A DNA stretch of 60,000 nucleotides from Camelus dromedarius (taxonomy: Eukaryota). How positions within the stretch are numbered: position 1 is the first letter of the stretch; each line of letters starts with the position of its first letter. The translations under genes and the position numbers were made by a program. The notes beneath the pieces were generated by a model, which was not told the DNA's origin, made no database searches, and was given only the letters and a program-made list of their open reading frames with translations. Location: the NCBI RefSeq assembly GCF_036321535.1, contig NC_087436.1:51834001-51894000 (forward strand). The letters run 5' to 3'. Below, piece after piece: positions 1 to 12,700 of the stretch.

Positions 1-2349
1 AATATATTAATCTGTGCTTCTATCCTGAAATAGAATGACTAAGATCTTAGAACTGGTTTTTATTAAAATTTTATTTTGAAATTTTGTTCTCATCTAGAGT
101 AAGAAGGAAAAGTAAATTCTTGTAAGATAAGAGGTACCAAAGAAATAAGGCAGTTAGAATTCAATGACAAGTGGCAGGATTAAAACTCTCTACGCAGGAA
201 ATAAGTTGACGATACGATGATGTTAAATGGAATTGAGACACTACTGAATTAAGGATTAAATCACCTTCAAAATATAGATTGTAAAGTACCTGAGAAAAGG
301 ACCTTGAAGACTGGTAACCAGCTGAGTACCATGTTTTGGAGAATAAAAGTTCTGTATTCTACAGAATAGGTATGTAGAGCATATATTATATGGATGCATG
401 GTCATACATGGTATAAATGTATGTTTCAGTATAAAGTTCATCATTTGGTTTATAAAGAAGACTGGATTATAGTCCACTAGAATTAGTATTATATATGGGT
501 TTTTCCTTGAGACTGTGATTAAACGTAATGAGATAATTCAGAACTAGTAAAGTAAGAGCTGGTAGAAAAGGCTGGCTTTAGTGAAAACAAAGAAAATTGC
601 TATAAAGAAGTAACAGAAGAAAGATCCACAGTTACTCTTTAGATTGAGGATAGTATCTCAACAACTTTCTAACTCTAAAATATAGGCCCAAGTAAACAGC
701 AAAATATAGAAAATACTTAGAAACAGGAAAAAAAACCAGCTTAAGACAATATTACAACATAAGGCTGCAATCAAGAAGAAATCAACAAGGTCAAACAAGT
801 ACTCCAGGAGTATCACTATGCACCAAAAGCATGACTTGGCAATAAAGCAGAGGAAAATCCTGCAGCTCCCTGCTCCTCTAGGAAGTGCCAAAATAATATG
901 GAGAGAAGGGCATGACTCCCCACCTCTAAGTTGAAACCCAGAGCAATTGTCCATCACTCAGTTTGTTCTATTATAAATTATTCTTAATGAGGATGGTTAT
1001 TCTCTTTAGAATTGCTTGTGAAAATGAAAAATTTATGGAAAAGACCAGTCTTTCTTTACACATCCACCAGGGTGATCTGAAAAGAGTACTGATCTTGGAA
1101 TCAGTCACCTTGGTTTGGAAGGCAGCTTTAAACGGAAGGTAGTAATAATAACAACTGTTGTCCAGAGTTGTTCCAAAGAAGAGCTTGTAAGTGCTGGGTA
1201 AAAATGCTCATGAACATCTCTTTTTATATTTTAAATTAAAATTTACACATTTCCTTTGATGAAGATGGAGGATGAAGAAAAAGGAGATTCTTACTGAGAG
1301 TAAGTATGCTAGTTCACTTGTTGGTCTTCTGAAATAGGAAATCTATAGACAATATGTTTTTGTCATGGAATAGTAAAATGTATTTCTTCCACTTGCAAAT
1401 AGAATCACTTTTCTTCTATGAATGTCTCCAGTGTTAAAACTGATGCATTAACAGGAGTTTCAGAGATTGAGGAAAATACCAGTTTTCCTCAGTGTTTGAG
1501 GAAATCGATCTAAGGCACTTAAACATATGCCCAGCATTTTGGTACTACAAGTTCTATCTTAAAAAATAGTTGTGAAAAATAGTTACTTATAGCAAAAAAT
1601 TATTTATATAATGCTAGTAAAATAATCTAATCTTTTATATTTAGAAATGACTACTAAACAAAGAATTTAGAATGCTATAAAGATAACATGTCATCATATA
1701 CTGACTATTTCCTTAGGGTATCCAAAATACATTTTTTCTCCTAAAGCGGGAAAAGAATATGTCTTATAAATTTAAAAAAATCAAGTAAAATAATAGTATT
1801 AAAGGTAATAATAGAAACCAGAGTTTTCATTTCCCTTTATACATAAGAAAAGAATATATACTTTTTTGATATAGTGAGTCTGACCAGAAAAACCCATCAA
1901 AGGACCTGAAGTTTTTGGTCACCCAAAAAGAAACATAAAGGTAATACTGAGGGAAGACTAGGTTTCCAACAAAATTTAACTCTCTTCTCTGGGAATTCTG
2001 TGAATTTTTAAGTTCATAACCAAAACAGGAGAATTTGGGGTTTCTACTGAGTAAATGAGATGGCCACAAGCTGACCAAGATATAGATAGGGAGATACATA
2101 ATTCATAGATAGATACATAATTTTGAATTTTGAAAATAAATAGCAAAGGAATAGAAACATTGCTCTTTGGTAGGCAATGGAGAGAAGTGAGTTAATGACT
2201 TTTAAATATTCACTGTCAGGCATATGCGTTGTTCCAGGTCTTGCCTAAATTTATGCAGTATGATCTGACTTTTAAGGAATATACAATTCAAAGTTCTCTG
2301 TAGCCTAAAAATTGAAGATAGCTTATAAATACTTGAAATTTTAACCCTT

Positions 2350-2842
2350 GAGATTCCTGGCAGGGAAAGAGATGGCATAATAGAAGTGATTGAAGACAAT
2401 TTACTGAAGAAACAATTTACAAGGCATAGGCAAGCTTAAAAGAAACAAGAAGGAATGGTGGAAAATCCCCAGGGCTAGAATCTGTAAGAAGCCATTGCAG
2501 CTCCTAAAGAGGAAAAGAAATGGTTAGCAAAACTAGCAAGATGCACACCTATCAAGGAGAAGGTCACCTTAACAGCTATGGCCTTTGGTGTAGGAAAAAC
2601 CCAGGAGCAGAATCATATTAAAGCAAAAGTGGAGGGAAGCAGGAAGTGGTACCTTCTTTATCTTCCCTTTGTCCGATTTCCTGCCAGTACCTCCCATAGG
2701 CTGAACACCCAACTAGAAACCAGAGGCAACAGGGCCCATGACTTCAATCCTTAGATGGCAGCCTCTCCATGCACAAAGTAGGTTGGGAAACAAAAGTATA
2801 AAGGGGATCCAAAGAGTTAAGTGGATGGAGAACATGCGGCAC
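2350..2842. mobile_element. MLT1-family (MaLR) solo LTR, old subfamily
   Basis: ttcctggcagggaaagagatggca... and an end of ggagaacatgcggcaca resemble old MLT1 LTRs (MLT1M/N-like). Confidence 0.55.
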
Positions 2843-4334
2843 AAACTGCCCATTTTAGACATCTTCAGAGCTTCGGTGGTTTGCTGAATCAAGAAAACAT
2901 TTGGGCAAAAACAAGGTCCATTTAGTCTATCATTTCTTTGGTGCATTGTTCATAACCAATCAACATAATGAATTGGCAGTGAGTGTGTCACTATGGAATG
3001 ACAAGTACATTTTAAAAAATGGAGGATCGAATGCTCTAAGAATAAAAAAAGATGATGAAAAAGAATGAGAATTTTATAGTATGGACTGACACTTTCCTTT
3101 TTGAACTACTATCAAAACAATGACATAAAATGCAAATTTAGATGTGAGGAGGAATTACGCTGGTATAGACTGTGCACAAAGAGAACATTAACAAGTGACA
3201 GCCTGGAATCGAGGGTAATAGAGAATTCGGCAGTAATCCCAATACTGACTAGAAACCAAAAGCACCAGAAAACAGATAATATTTTTATAATCTAATTTAG
3301 CCAGATTTAGTACTGGCAAAGTGATGACGCACTGAAATAAATCTTTATGAAGTAATACCAAAACACTGATTGAGCAGTCACAGAACAGGCAAGAAATTAC
3401 TGAAGATGAGTTAGGGACATTAAAAGAATGGGAGCCATTAACACAAAGACATTTATAAAAACATAGTTCTTACGTTGCAAGTGAATGTTCCTATACCTAA
3501 AATATACCTGAAAGTAAGCAACAGATGGTATAAGGGGTAGACAGGAAGATGCTGATACAAAAATCTGTTTGGGTTAATTAACTAATTACTGACTTTTCAG
3601 TCCTAAGTTAAAGAACACAACAGAGCCAGACTCCTAGTTAACTGAAGTTGGAAGACATATAAATTGAGTGTTCTTTAATGTTCTGGGCTCCAATCTAGCT
3701 ACATAAATTTCCACTGAGGGCTATGTGACAGACTCTTCCAGAAGCTAGAGGCAGAAAAAAATAAGCCATGATTATTGCTTCTAGGAGACCACAGGGCATA
3801 GTAGGAGCACAGAGACACACAATCCTTTTCTCTAAAAAGCCCAACTGAAAATGGCTGTGATGGATGGGAAGAGCATGAAAATGGCCAGGGCTGACGACCA
3901 TGATTATGTAAATATGATCCTGCCCAGCCACCTTCCTCAAGTTCCCTGACAGAGAGTTATGGATAAAGAACATCTAATGAGGAAAAACCTTACTGAAATC
4001 TTTGGCAAGCAGGCCCCACTGCAGAACCTTAGAAACATCTCAGAACGAATGAGGCATCTTTTGGCCAGCCTGGGCAGGCCTAAGGGTCCTCCTGGTACCT
4101 AGAACTAATGTTCACAGGTGGAGAGGGAGGCAGCGTGGTTACCAACTCCCAAAAGAAAGGAGAGCTCAGTGCTTCTCACACCACTGGACTAGACATAACA
4201 TGACATACTGGACGAGGAGGAGCAAACCATAGATGTGGGGGAAACCATACTGCAAAGTCTCATGACATAAACCCCCTTTCTCCTCATTTTGACATCTCCA
4301 GTGCCTAGCACCGTAACTGAACAAATATCCCTAT

Positions 4335-4800
4335 TTCTGTTATCTCTAGCTGTGTAACAAACCACCTGAAATCTAATGGCTTAAAACACTACTTTCCCTC
4401 ACAATTCTGCAAGTTGACTAGGCTCAGCAAGGTAGTTCTTCTCCTCCACCTGATGCTGGCTGGGGCTGCAGTCATTTGAGGGCTCAGAAGCTAGGCGGGT
4501 GGGAGCATCCACAATGGCTCTCTCACATGGCTGGCAGTTGATGCTGGCTGTTAGCTGGGAGCTCAACTGGGACTGCTGTCTGGAACACCTGCATGCATCC
4601 TTGCCATGGGGGTGAGGCTTCTTGCAGTATATCAAATGCTGTCTAAGAGAATGTATCCCAACAGCATGGACTTAAAGGATGCAGTTGAAACTATCAGGTT
4701 CTTCAAGTCTAGGCCTTGAAAAGACACAGTGTCACTTCTACCTCATTCTATTGGTTAGGCAGTCATAGGGCTGGCCCAAATTCAGAGGAAAGAAAAATAA
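4335..4800. mobile_element. MLT1 (J/K-like) LTR
   Basis: tgttatctctagctgtgtaacaaaccacc...ggctggcagttgatgctggctgttagctggga...ggcccaaattca, typical MLT1 motifs. Confidence 0.65.
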
Positions 4801-7800
4801 ACCAAAATAGAATCCCTGGCCATTCGTAGTTCACTACAATCCTTGAATGTAAAATATCCCCCTTGGCACATCCAAAAGTGAAGTGAGGGACAGTGGTGAG
4901 GTGGTGGTATAGACAGTAGTCATGGTGCTCCCTAGAGGCCAGCATCTTTTTTCTAGTGACCATGAGTGGCAGTAGGTAATATTAATTGGCCAATATTGTC
5001 AACCAATTAGGTATTGGAGACAGCTGCCTAGTTGCTGACTGATTAAATATAAATCAGAATTTGCAAGTGGAAGAATACAGAATAAAGAGGAGTCCAGGGA
5101 AATGGATCCTCAAAAATGAGATGAGTTTAGGAAAGTAAGTCAAGGGAACCTGGTGCCAGGTCTGACCTCACTGAGTCTGGAAGGCAATGTTTCATCCAGA
5201 AAATGGAATTCAGTTGAGAGTAAATGAAAACTCTATAGAATAAATACAGCACTTAGCAAACTGTCTTTTCAGAGAATATGAAATTGAACTATGGAATATG
5301 AATATGGTTAACTCAGTTTCTTATCATTTAAATTGTTGTTCTTGCTGTGCTTCTTGATGGTCTCCCTCCCCTTCAACCAGGTAAGCATGCTTATTATTTT
5401 AAACAATAATGACAAGATAGGAGTTTTCTTAAACTACCAGGAAGCACAGTCTGTCCAAACAACATTCTGTTACAGAATGTGAAGGAATGAAGACAGAAAG
5501 AACTTGAAAAAAACTTTGATCCAATTGCTTTATTCCCCCTATTTGAATTGATTAATTCACTTTTTAAATGAAAGCCAACTTACGAAACACAAAAATAACT
5601 TACTATTTCAAACTCATGGGCTTAAATGTTCATATACATTGCATTAGATGGTTTTAAATATGTTTTCTAAATTTGCTGCCTTTAAATACGTTTCTATTTT
5701 CTTTGTCAGAGATTTTCTAGGGGAGCAAGTCTCCAATTTTGTAACGGAAGTCAACAAGAAGATCAGCTTTCACATGTAGAGAACTGCTTTCATAGGCAAT
5801 CTTTGTTTCACAAAGAGGGTCATCTGTATTCTCCAGCTGACAGTTCAGAGGTAGGAGCTGTTCTTTGGGAATACTTTTCTGGGATTACCTTAACATCAAT
5901 GACTTGAGATTGGTTTGTTTGAAGGGGGGGGGGGGGAGGGCAGAGAGAGACTGTGAAATAAATAATTTCTAATGGCTGAAACAGGAGTAGTCAGGCAAAG
6001 TTCCAGAGAGCAGCCGAGGCTATAACTGCCCAGTTCCCACTGACATCAGTGTGAGTAATAAAACTAAATCCTCTGGAGATACTTTGAAATTTTAGCCTGC
6101 AGTATCTTTGGAAACGCTTCACAAATTGTATTTCCAATTCCACAGCCAATAGTTGTCCCAACCACCTCCTTCCCAGTTTCTAACTCTGTTCATTTATAGT
6201 GATTATTTCAATTTACATCAACAGTGCATGGTGAACGGTTCACCCGGCAGCCACTTTTGATTTACTTATTTAAAAACAGTGTGGCAACAGCTCTTTCCCT
6301 TGCCCAATTGACAAAGGAACTGTACAAGGGCTTCTCCAAGTGTTCTAAGCCCTTCCTGAAGAATGTTCAAAAGGGATGACTGATAAGCATTACAGGAGTG
6401 GATTCGTTCATAAGACTTAGCATGTGAACTTCATTCACTCTTTTTCATGGACAGAAGACGGAGAAAGTAACAGGGGAGAAAACATTTAAAGGTGGTCTCT
6501 CTCTCTCTCCCACCCCTTTTCTTTGGTTTTAAGTTTTTTAAACCTTTTTTTCCCCCTAAAGGATCCAAACAACACCTACAACAAAAGAATGAGTGCCACA
6601 TGTTTATTTAATTTCTTAGGATCTCTCTGTGCCTCATTTAATGAGGATGTATTCAGAACACCTATCCTAAAGGGTGACTGTAAGGATTAATGAATGTGAA
6701 ATTCTTAGAAGACCGATTGGCACATAGTAAATATTCAGTACACCTTATCTGGGCTTACAGATCTTTTCACAGAATTTGGATTGACAGGCTACAATGTCTA
6801 GTCCTGGTCCTCTTATGAACTCATAATTTGTACCACATCCTCCCTTCTACTCTTTTTCCATGCACGTAAAATGATTATGTCTCGTATCAAGAATTCTAAA
6901 GTAGTAGGTAAGAATAACAGAGTTAGTGCAACCAGTGTCTGATAGGATACTAATACAATACATAACCTTTGGAAATTAACTACCTCCATAATTGATGATG
7001 GTGGTGCTGGTGGTGGCTCACACTTACTGAGCTCTATATGTCATCCAGGCACTGTGCCCAAGCAACACATTAGCTTTTTGATGTATTTTTGTACCTATTT
7101 TATAGATAAGAAAACTGAGACTTAGGTTTGATAAACTGCCTCTACTTCCTCTTTCTTGTGCCTTCAGTTAAGTTTTTAAAGTGATGTTTATTTACTTGAC
7201 TGTACTTCCCTAATACTCATTAACCTAATCAAGTCCTACCTCATTGCTGAAATGAAACAAAATAATCTATGGCCTCCCTAATTGCTAAATCAAACTAGCC
7301 CTTTCTCATCTTACCTTACTTGATCTCACCGTAGCCAGTGATGATGCTGACCCCTCCCTTCTTTTTAAAAATGCCCTTTATCTTCAGTTTTTATAATACC
7401 ACATTTCTCTTGGTTTTCCTCTTTGTCTATTTTTTAATATACCTACCCTTTTGTGTCCCTTAAGAAACTGGATTCCAAATATTTTTATTTTAACCATGGG
7501 AGGAAATATATTTTAAATCACAAATCTGAATTTAAAAACATATTTATACAATTTCATGAAACAACACTTCCTTACTATGTGCACGCATATTCCAATAAAT
7601 ATATTTTATATCATCAAAAATATGTTGGTCATAACTCATCATATTAACTGCCTGGTTTACACATTTTTCAGCATTTTGTCTCAACATCATATTTTCTGTG
7701 GTTCAAACCCTGAAGTGACCAGTCTGCTCAGCAACAGCTTTCCAAACATCTGTCATGTTCTAGCACATGGTGGGAGCAAAACCCAAGAGACTGGGTCATT

Positions 7801-9034
7801 GTGTTAGTTAAGCTCAAAAAGGCTTAAAAAAGAATTATAATTAAATCTCCAGAACATTTTTTAAATGATGCTATAAATGTGAGAGGCATTTTGCTAAAAG
7901 TTTGAAAATGAATGAACAAATACTACTTTGGGAATGGGTTTTAAATATTACAGAATAAATATCCTCTCTAATGTTGAATCACCAAAAACATCTACTACAA
8001 AAAAAATTCTTAATGTTAAAACATGACACTAGGATTATTTTCTTATTTTAATATTCTATTGCCTGATTTTATGCCTAATGAGAAAGCAAATAAATCTGTG
8101 CACATCTTGTCATCACTTTAGGCATCACTTGTCCATTTATTAATTCATTCACTCAGCAACAGCTGTTTAGCATTTTCCACACACAAGGTATTGTGCTTGA
8201 GACCACAAAGGATATAAACAAAAATCGAACATGGATTTGTCTAAGATGTTATATGTTATTTATTCATTCACTCATTAATTTAACATTTTTAAATAATAAT
8301 TATTTTTTTACTACTTTTCTTCCCCTAAACATTCATGGATATGGAACTCATTAATTTCTTAATTCACGATCAATCATTTTCAATCACACTTGCTCAATTG
8401 CTACTATAATCAAATCCAAGTCGTTTGTGTGAGGTTTTTCCTTTGTTTGTTTTTCTTTGCTTTTTTCAAGTCCTCCTTTCATTCTGAGAAAGCTTCATCT
8501 GTTAACAAACAAGTAACATTTAGATCCCAATGGATGAGTGAATAGCTATGATTTATTCATGTTACATACAGTAAATACTACCACCAACCAGATTTTAAAT
8601 CTAGATAACAAAATCCCAATAAAGTGGATTTTTGGTCTATTTTTAGGACTTGCTTTTATGACTTTAGTAAAATTCATTATTTAGACAACAACCTGATATT
8701 CACTGGTTTCTAATCTCAAAAAAAAAAAAAATGAGAGATTATGTTTTATCTTTTCAAAGCCTGCTGGGTAACAGTAATTTTAATCTAGTAGAATTATTTT
8801 CCAGCCAAGACATATAAACCCTGACAAAGTAAATTAATCATGCAAAATGTTAATAATGTCAGGGCACTTTAGAAATGAATGTGCTGTGGAAATCATGACC
8901 CATGACAGGGTTCATGTTATGCTGCTGGCCCAGTAAATCATGACAGGTACACCCTATCCTGAATGATTTCTCTTTTTGTTTGGAATGGCAGCAAAGCATG
9001 GCAGCCAACGTGGGTAGAAAGAGATCTGAGTCTA

Positions 9035-9560
9035 CATGCCCTATAACACAGCAATTCCACTTCAGAATATACATTCTTACATATACGCCAAGGAAACTTG
9101 CATGTGTGAAGATGCTCCTCCCAGCATTATTTTTAATAAAGAAAAGCTGGAAAAAAACTCAAATGTCCAACACACACACACACACACACACACACAGAGG
9201 ATAAGAATTCTATTGTATGAATACTGTAAAATTAATAACCTAGACCTAAATATATCTTTAAACATAAATCTGACTAATGAATGGCAAAAGTGTAATTCAG
9301 ACAGGTAGAGTCAACATATCACATATGCAAATTTTAAAAGCACAGTATTGTATAAGTGTATGGTAAATTATGAAATATGATAAAATAGATGCATAGTAAC
9401 TTTAGAAGTTTCCTCTACAAAAGGAAGGAGAGGTTAGGATGGGAAAGGAGGAATTACACTTGTACTTATAATAGTCTTTTTAAGAATTTTAAATACATAT
9501 GGCCAAATCAACATTTGTTAAAGCTAGGCTGTAGATAATTTGTGTTTTTTTAGTTAATTC
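9035..9560 (+). mobile_element. Old L1 (L1ME-like) 3' fragment containing a (CA)n microsatellite at ~9171-9197
   Basis: ccctataacacagcaattccact..., typical of the L1 ORF2 end and 3'UTR. Confidence 0.55.
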
Positions 9561-9621
9561 TTTTTGATCTTCCTTATTATTCAAACACTAGTGATTTTAA
9601 GCTGTTTTTAAAAAAGCGAAT

Positions 9622-9698
9622 TGTGCTCTACACTGGAATTTGACATAACATTGTAAAATGACTATAACTCAATTAAAAAAAAAAAAGTTTAAAAAAAA
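9622..9698 (+). mobile_element. Short camelid-type L1 3' end with poly(A)
   Basis: tgctctacactggaatttgacataacattgtaaaatgactataactcaattaaaaaaa. Confidence 0.65.
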
Positions 9699-9709
9699 TG
9701 ATGTAAGTG

Positions 9710-12700
9710 ACATGTAAACTTGGATCAGATCTGAAACAGTCAATATCTGGTGTAAAGAAATTGTGTTTGAAGTCATCAATTGGTCTTCATTCGTCCCTCA
9801 AGCTGATGGAGCAATTATGATTCCAGATGGTTTGTCCAATTTAATACCTAGAGGAGGGTATTCAGTGAGCAGTCATCACACAGGCTAGGCAGGTTGGTCA
9901 GGGTCCCCATCAAGAATGCTGAACTCCACCCATCATGAAAAAAGAAATACTAAAGAGGAACCTAGCTGAAAGTTAGTGCACTGCCTAGGCTCCCCTGGCA
10001 GTCAAGGAACAAAAGATAATACACTTACAAAAATAAAACTCAATTGAGACTGACCACACCCAATTGTTTTGCTGGCACTCCTCATTTTCTACATAACTTT
10101 GTCAAACTACACTGAGGCACCGTACCACGTAAACCCTTCACATATGTTACTTCATTTTATACTTATGTCTAGGATTGATATTATGTAATTTCACATGTAA
10201 GGGAACTGGGGCATTGTTACCAAGTATTGAAACTAGATTTTAAACCTAAATACATGAAAACAAGGAAGAAGGGAAGGAAGGAAGGGAGGAAGGAAGGGAG
10301 AAAGGAAGGGAGGGAGAGAAGGAGGAAGAAGAAAGTCCCTACAATGTATTTCAGTAAAAGAAAGGTTTAAAACATTCAGGCGGGGAACTTCGAGTAGGAC
10401 CAAGCCAATAAAATGTTTTTTTTTTTCCCCATCACTAAATCCATTGTTGCTACAATTGGAAAAACTGACCAACAGTACCTCTACATAAAGAATTGGTAAA
10501 AAACTACACAAACAACACTTTTGATTCTATTTCAAAGATTTACATCATCTTTTTCATGCCTTAAACTGAAAGTAGCAGGTGAATAAATATAAAATAACCC
10601 TGAACCAAAAAGAAAAGGATAAGTGATTCCATACAGATTTACTCAACATTCAGCTGGGGGAGGAGGGAGCAAACTGAACATATACCAGCCCAATGGGAAT
10701 TTTAGTTTCATATCTTTTGGTTAACATTCTAGTCTTACAATGAAAAGTCATTTTGACATTTTTTAAAACAAAAGGCAGTTTTAAAAGCTATAGTTGGCTT
10801 GCATTTTTGTCAGTGTCTGCTGTTCTCAGGAGGCAAAAGGCAGTGAAGACCAAAAGTCTGAATGACCAAAGATCCTTTGGGAATACAATTATTCAGACAA
10901 CTTGAAAAAATGTGAGGGGGAGAAACAACCTAGGGGATGGATTCTAAGAAAAACAGAGAAATTGTAAGCAAATTATGTCTAACTTTAGAGGAAATATATT
11001 CTTCATCGATATTTTTTTCTAATTACTGGGAAACTTTAACTATTACCTTATTGGAAAATTGAACATGTTTTTGTTCTCAATAGTTGAAAATAAAATATCT
11101 TTGTGAGATACGAATAAACAGCCACTCCTAAACCCCTTTTCACTGTAAACCCTCCAGCCCCCACCTCCAGGGAGAACCAGTGAATTAAGTCAACATAACT
11201 GAGACCTAAACTCTCTCTAGGTAACAGGATGGATAGCTTTTCTATGATTCTGACAGGTCCCAAAGTAGAATAGAAAAGAAACCTTATGATCTTTGGTGAA
11301 ATTATGGGGCCCCATTGGCTCAAAGCTGTGCTAATAGTAAAATGATCCTTTTCTCAATATAGGTTTCAAATGCACTTTTAGTATGGTGAGCATATGATTA
11401 AGCTGGGGCACCAAAGTAGAATAAATGTCATTTTCCAAAGGAAGTGTTAGACCAAATGCCAAACTCATCAAGCAGTTAAACTTAAAAAAAAAAGTTATGT
11501 GATTCTTGGACTTGTCAGCCACACTGAGGTGACAAAAGAGGCAGGTTATGTGAAGAATCTGGGAGGAAGTTTTTTGGATAAACCTCTATGAAGCTGCAAA
11601 GGGAATAAGCAACCACATAAAATAGAAAAGTTTGAGGGTATTTCAGGTAAGAGATATACAGAAATGGAGAACTTCCACATGACCCATAAAAATGCTCCAC
11701 CAAAAAAAAAAAAATTAAGTTTCAAACTCTGCTAAGATCACAGAGCCCAGAGCCATCTTTTGTGAACACAGTCAAAATAAGAACTTTTCTTCTCCCCTTT
11801 AGCTACCTATTCACCTCCTTTATGCTCACCCTGTCCTAAAACCCAGCTGGGACAGAAAGAGTAGCCAGTAATTAGGGATGGAAATGAGAATCCAAAAAAA
11901 AAAAAAAAAGGAAGTTACTGAACATTCTCCCTTCTCAGCAGGCACAGAATAAGAGTAAAGAAGGATCAGGAAACAACTATAAGCAAAGCCAAATACTCTC
12001 CGCTTTTCACTTAAAAAAAAAAAAAGAAAAATGAGAATAGACTTCTTTATAGATCTCCGAACAAGTGGATATAGTTGAATTGTCTTTATGCATTTATATA
12101 AAATGATTTTTTCATTTTTCAAGTTATCATTAACAAATCTATTTTACTTAGTCTTCACCCAGTCCCTATGTATCAGTTACCAGCTCTATCAGGAAAACAA
12201 CTCTTGTATTACTCTCTGTGTGTGAATAGTAACATGCTTACAATAGGGATCAAAAGGGTTTTTGTTTTTATTTTTTGCCTGTGAACTAGAGATAAAGAGA
12301 TAAGCATAGAAACTTGAAGAATCAAAACATTGCCACTTTCTTTTAAACAATCCCATCTTTTCATGCCTAATGGTCTCACACTTGTAGTAGAGTATAAATG
12401 TGAACCAAAAAAATTCAATTTCTTCAATATTCACTGTGGAAAAAGCAAAGGGGTCAAAGACGCTATTGTGCATAAGACTGACAACTCAAATGAGGAATCT
12501 GTACAAAAGAACAGTCTAGCAAGTAAAATTTGTGAACTGTCACTAGCAACAATTACCTAATAATACAACAATGTTGGCAATGTTCTTTTTGTGGTGAACT
12601 TAAATGTAGTATAATTAGTTGGCATTTAACTTTTAAGATGTTAATTTCAGAAGAAATTTATTTTATTGGATTAATTTTATTTCAATGTGATTCAATTTAC

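Larger units (their letters stand above)
98..8560 (+). pseudogene. Degenerate intron-containing TRPM2-like cation channel pseudogene (S1 to NUDT9-H domain; 5' part lies outside the window)
   Basis: Colinear exon remnants. S1/S2 ~330-551: YMDAWSYMV..; SPLELVLY(I)WVF..NEIIQ, donor A|GTAAGA at 552. S3 ~1338-1375: RQYV..SWN. S4 2220-2330: SRSCLNLCSMI*LLRNIQF vs TRPM7 GRLIYCLNIIFWYVRLLDF. S5-pore ~2845-2978: SFG..NQENIWAKTRSI / YHFFGALF, donor GTGAGT. S6 5273-5380: WLTQFLII*IVVLAVLL..FN, donor CAG|GTAAGC. TRP domain ~5441-5620: ALFPYLN*LIH vs AAPPPFILLSH. Rib helix 5710-5850: open 141-nt exon with L-x-x-V-E-x10-K-E. NUDT9-H: 6103-6466 (FPVSN; SF-HG), 6562 (DPNNT vs GPNHT), 7764-7878 (GGS..KLKKA*KRIIIKSPEHFL vs KLKRILRQEHWPSFENLL), ~8336 (W-MELINFLIHDQ vs WMETEAVNYHDE), 8471+ (FHSEKASSVNKQV vs LHACDSGASIRWQV). 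Many stops and frameshifts. Confidence 0.75.

Noticed and set aside
633..715. TRPM S4-like motif LLFRLRIV..IGP
   Set aside because: Out of order relative to the S3 trace at ~1340 and the better S4 exon at 2220; probably coincidental.
5273..11580. Neuromedin U/S-like precursor pseudogene on + (signal-peptide-like exon, NGSQQEDQL, DPNNTYNKR, SSIGLHSSLKL, PH*G)
   Set aside because: The same exons fit better, and in order, as TRPM S6, rib helix and NUDT9-H. The later pieces are antisense readings of the TRPC-like exons, and no FxFRPRNG core is present.
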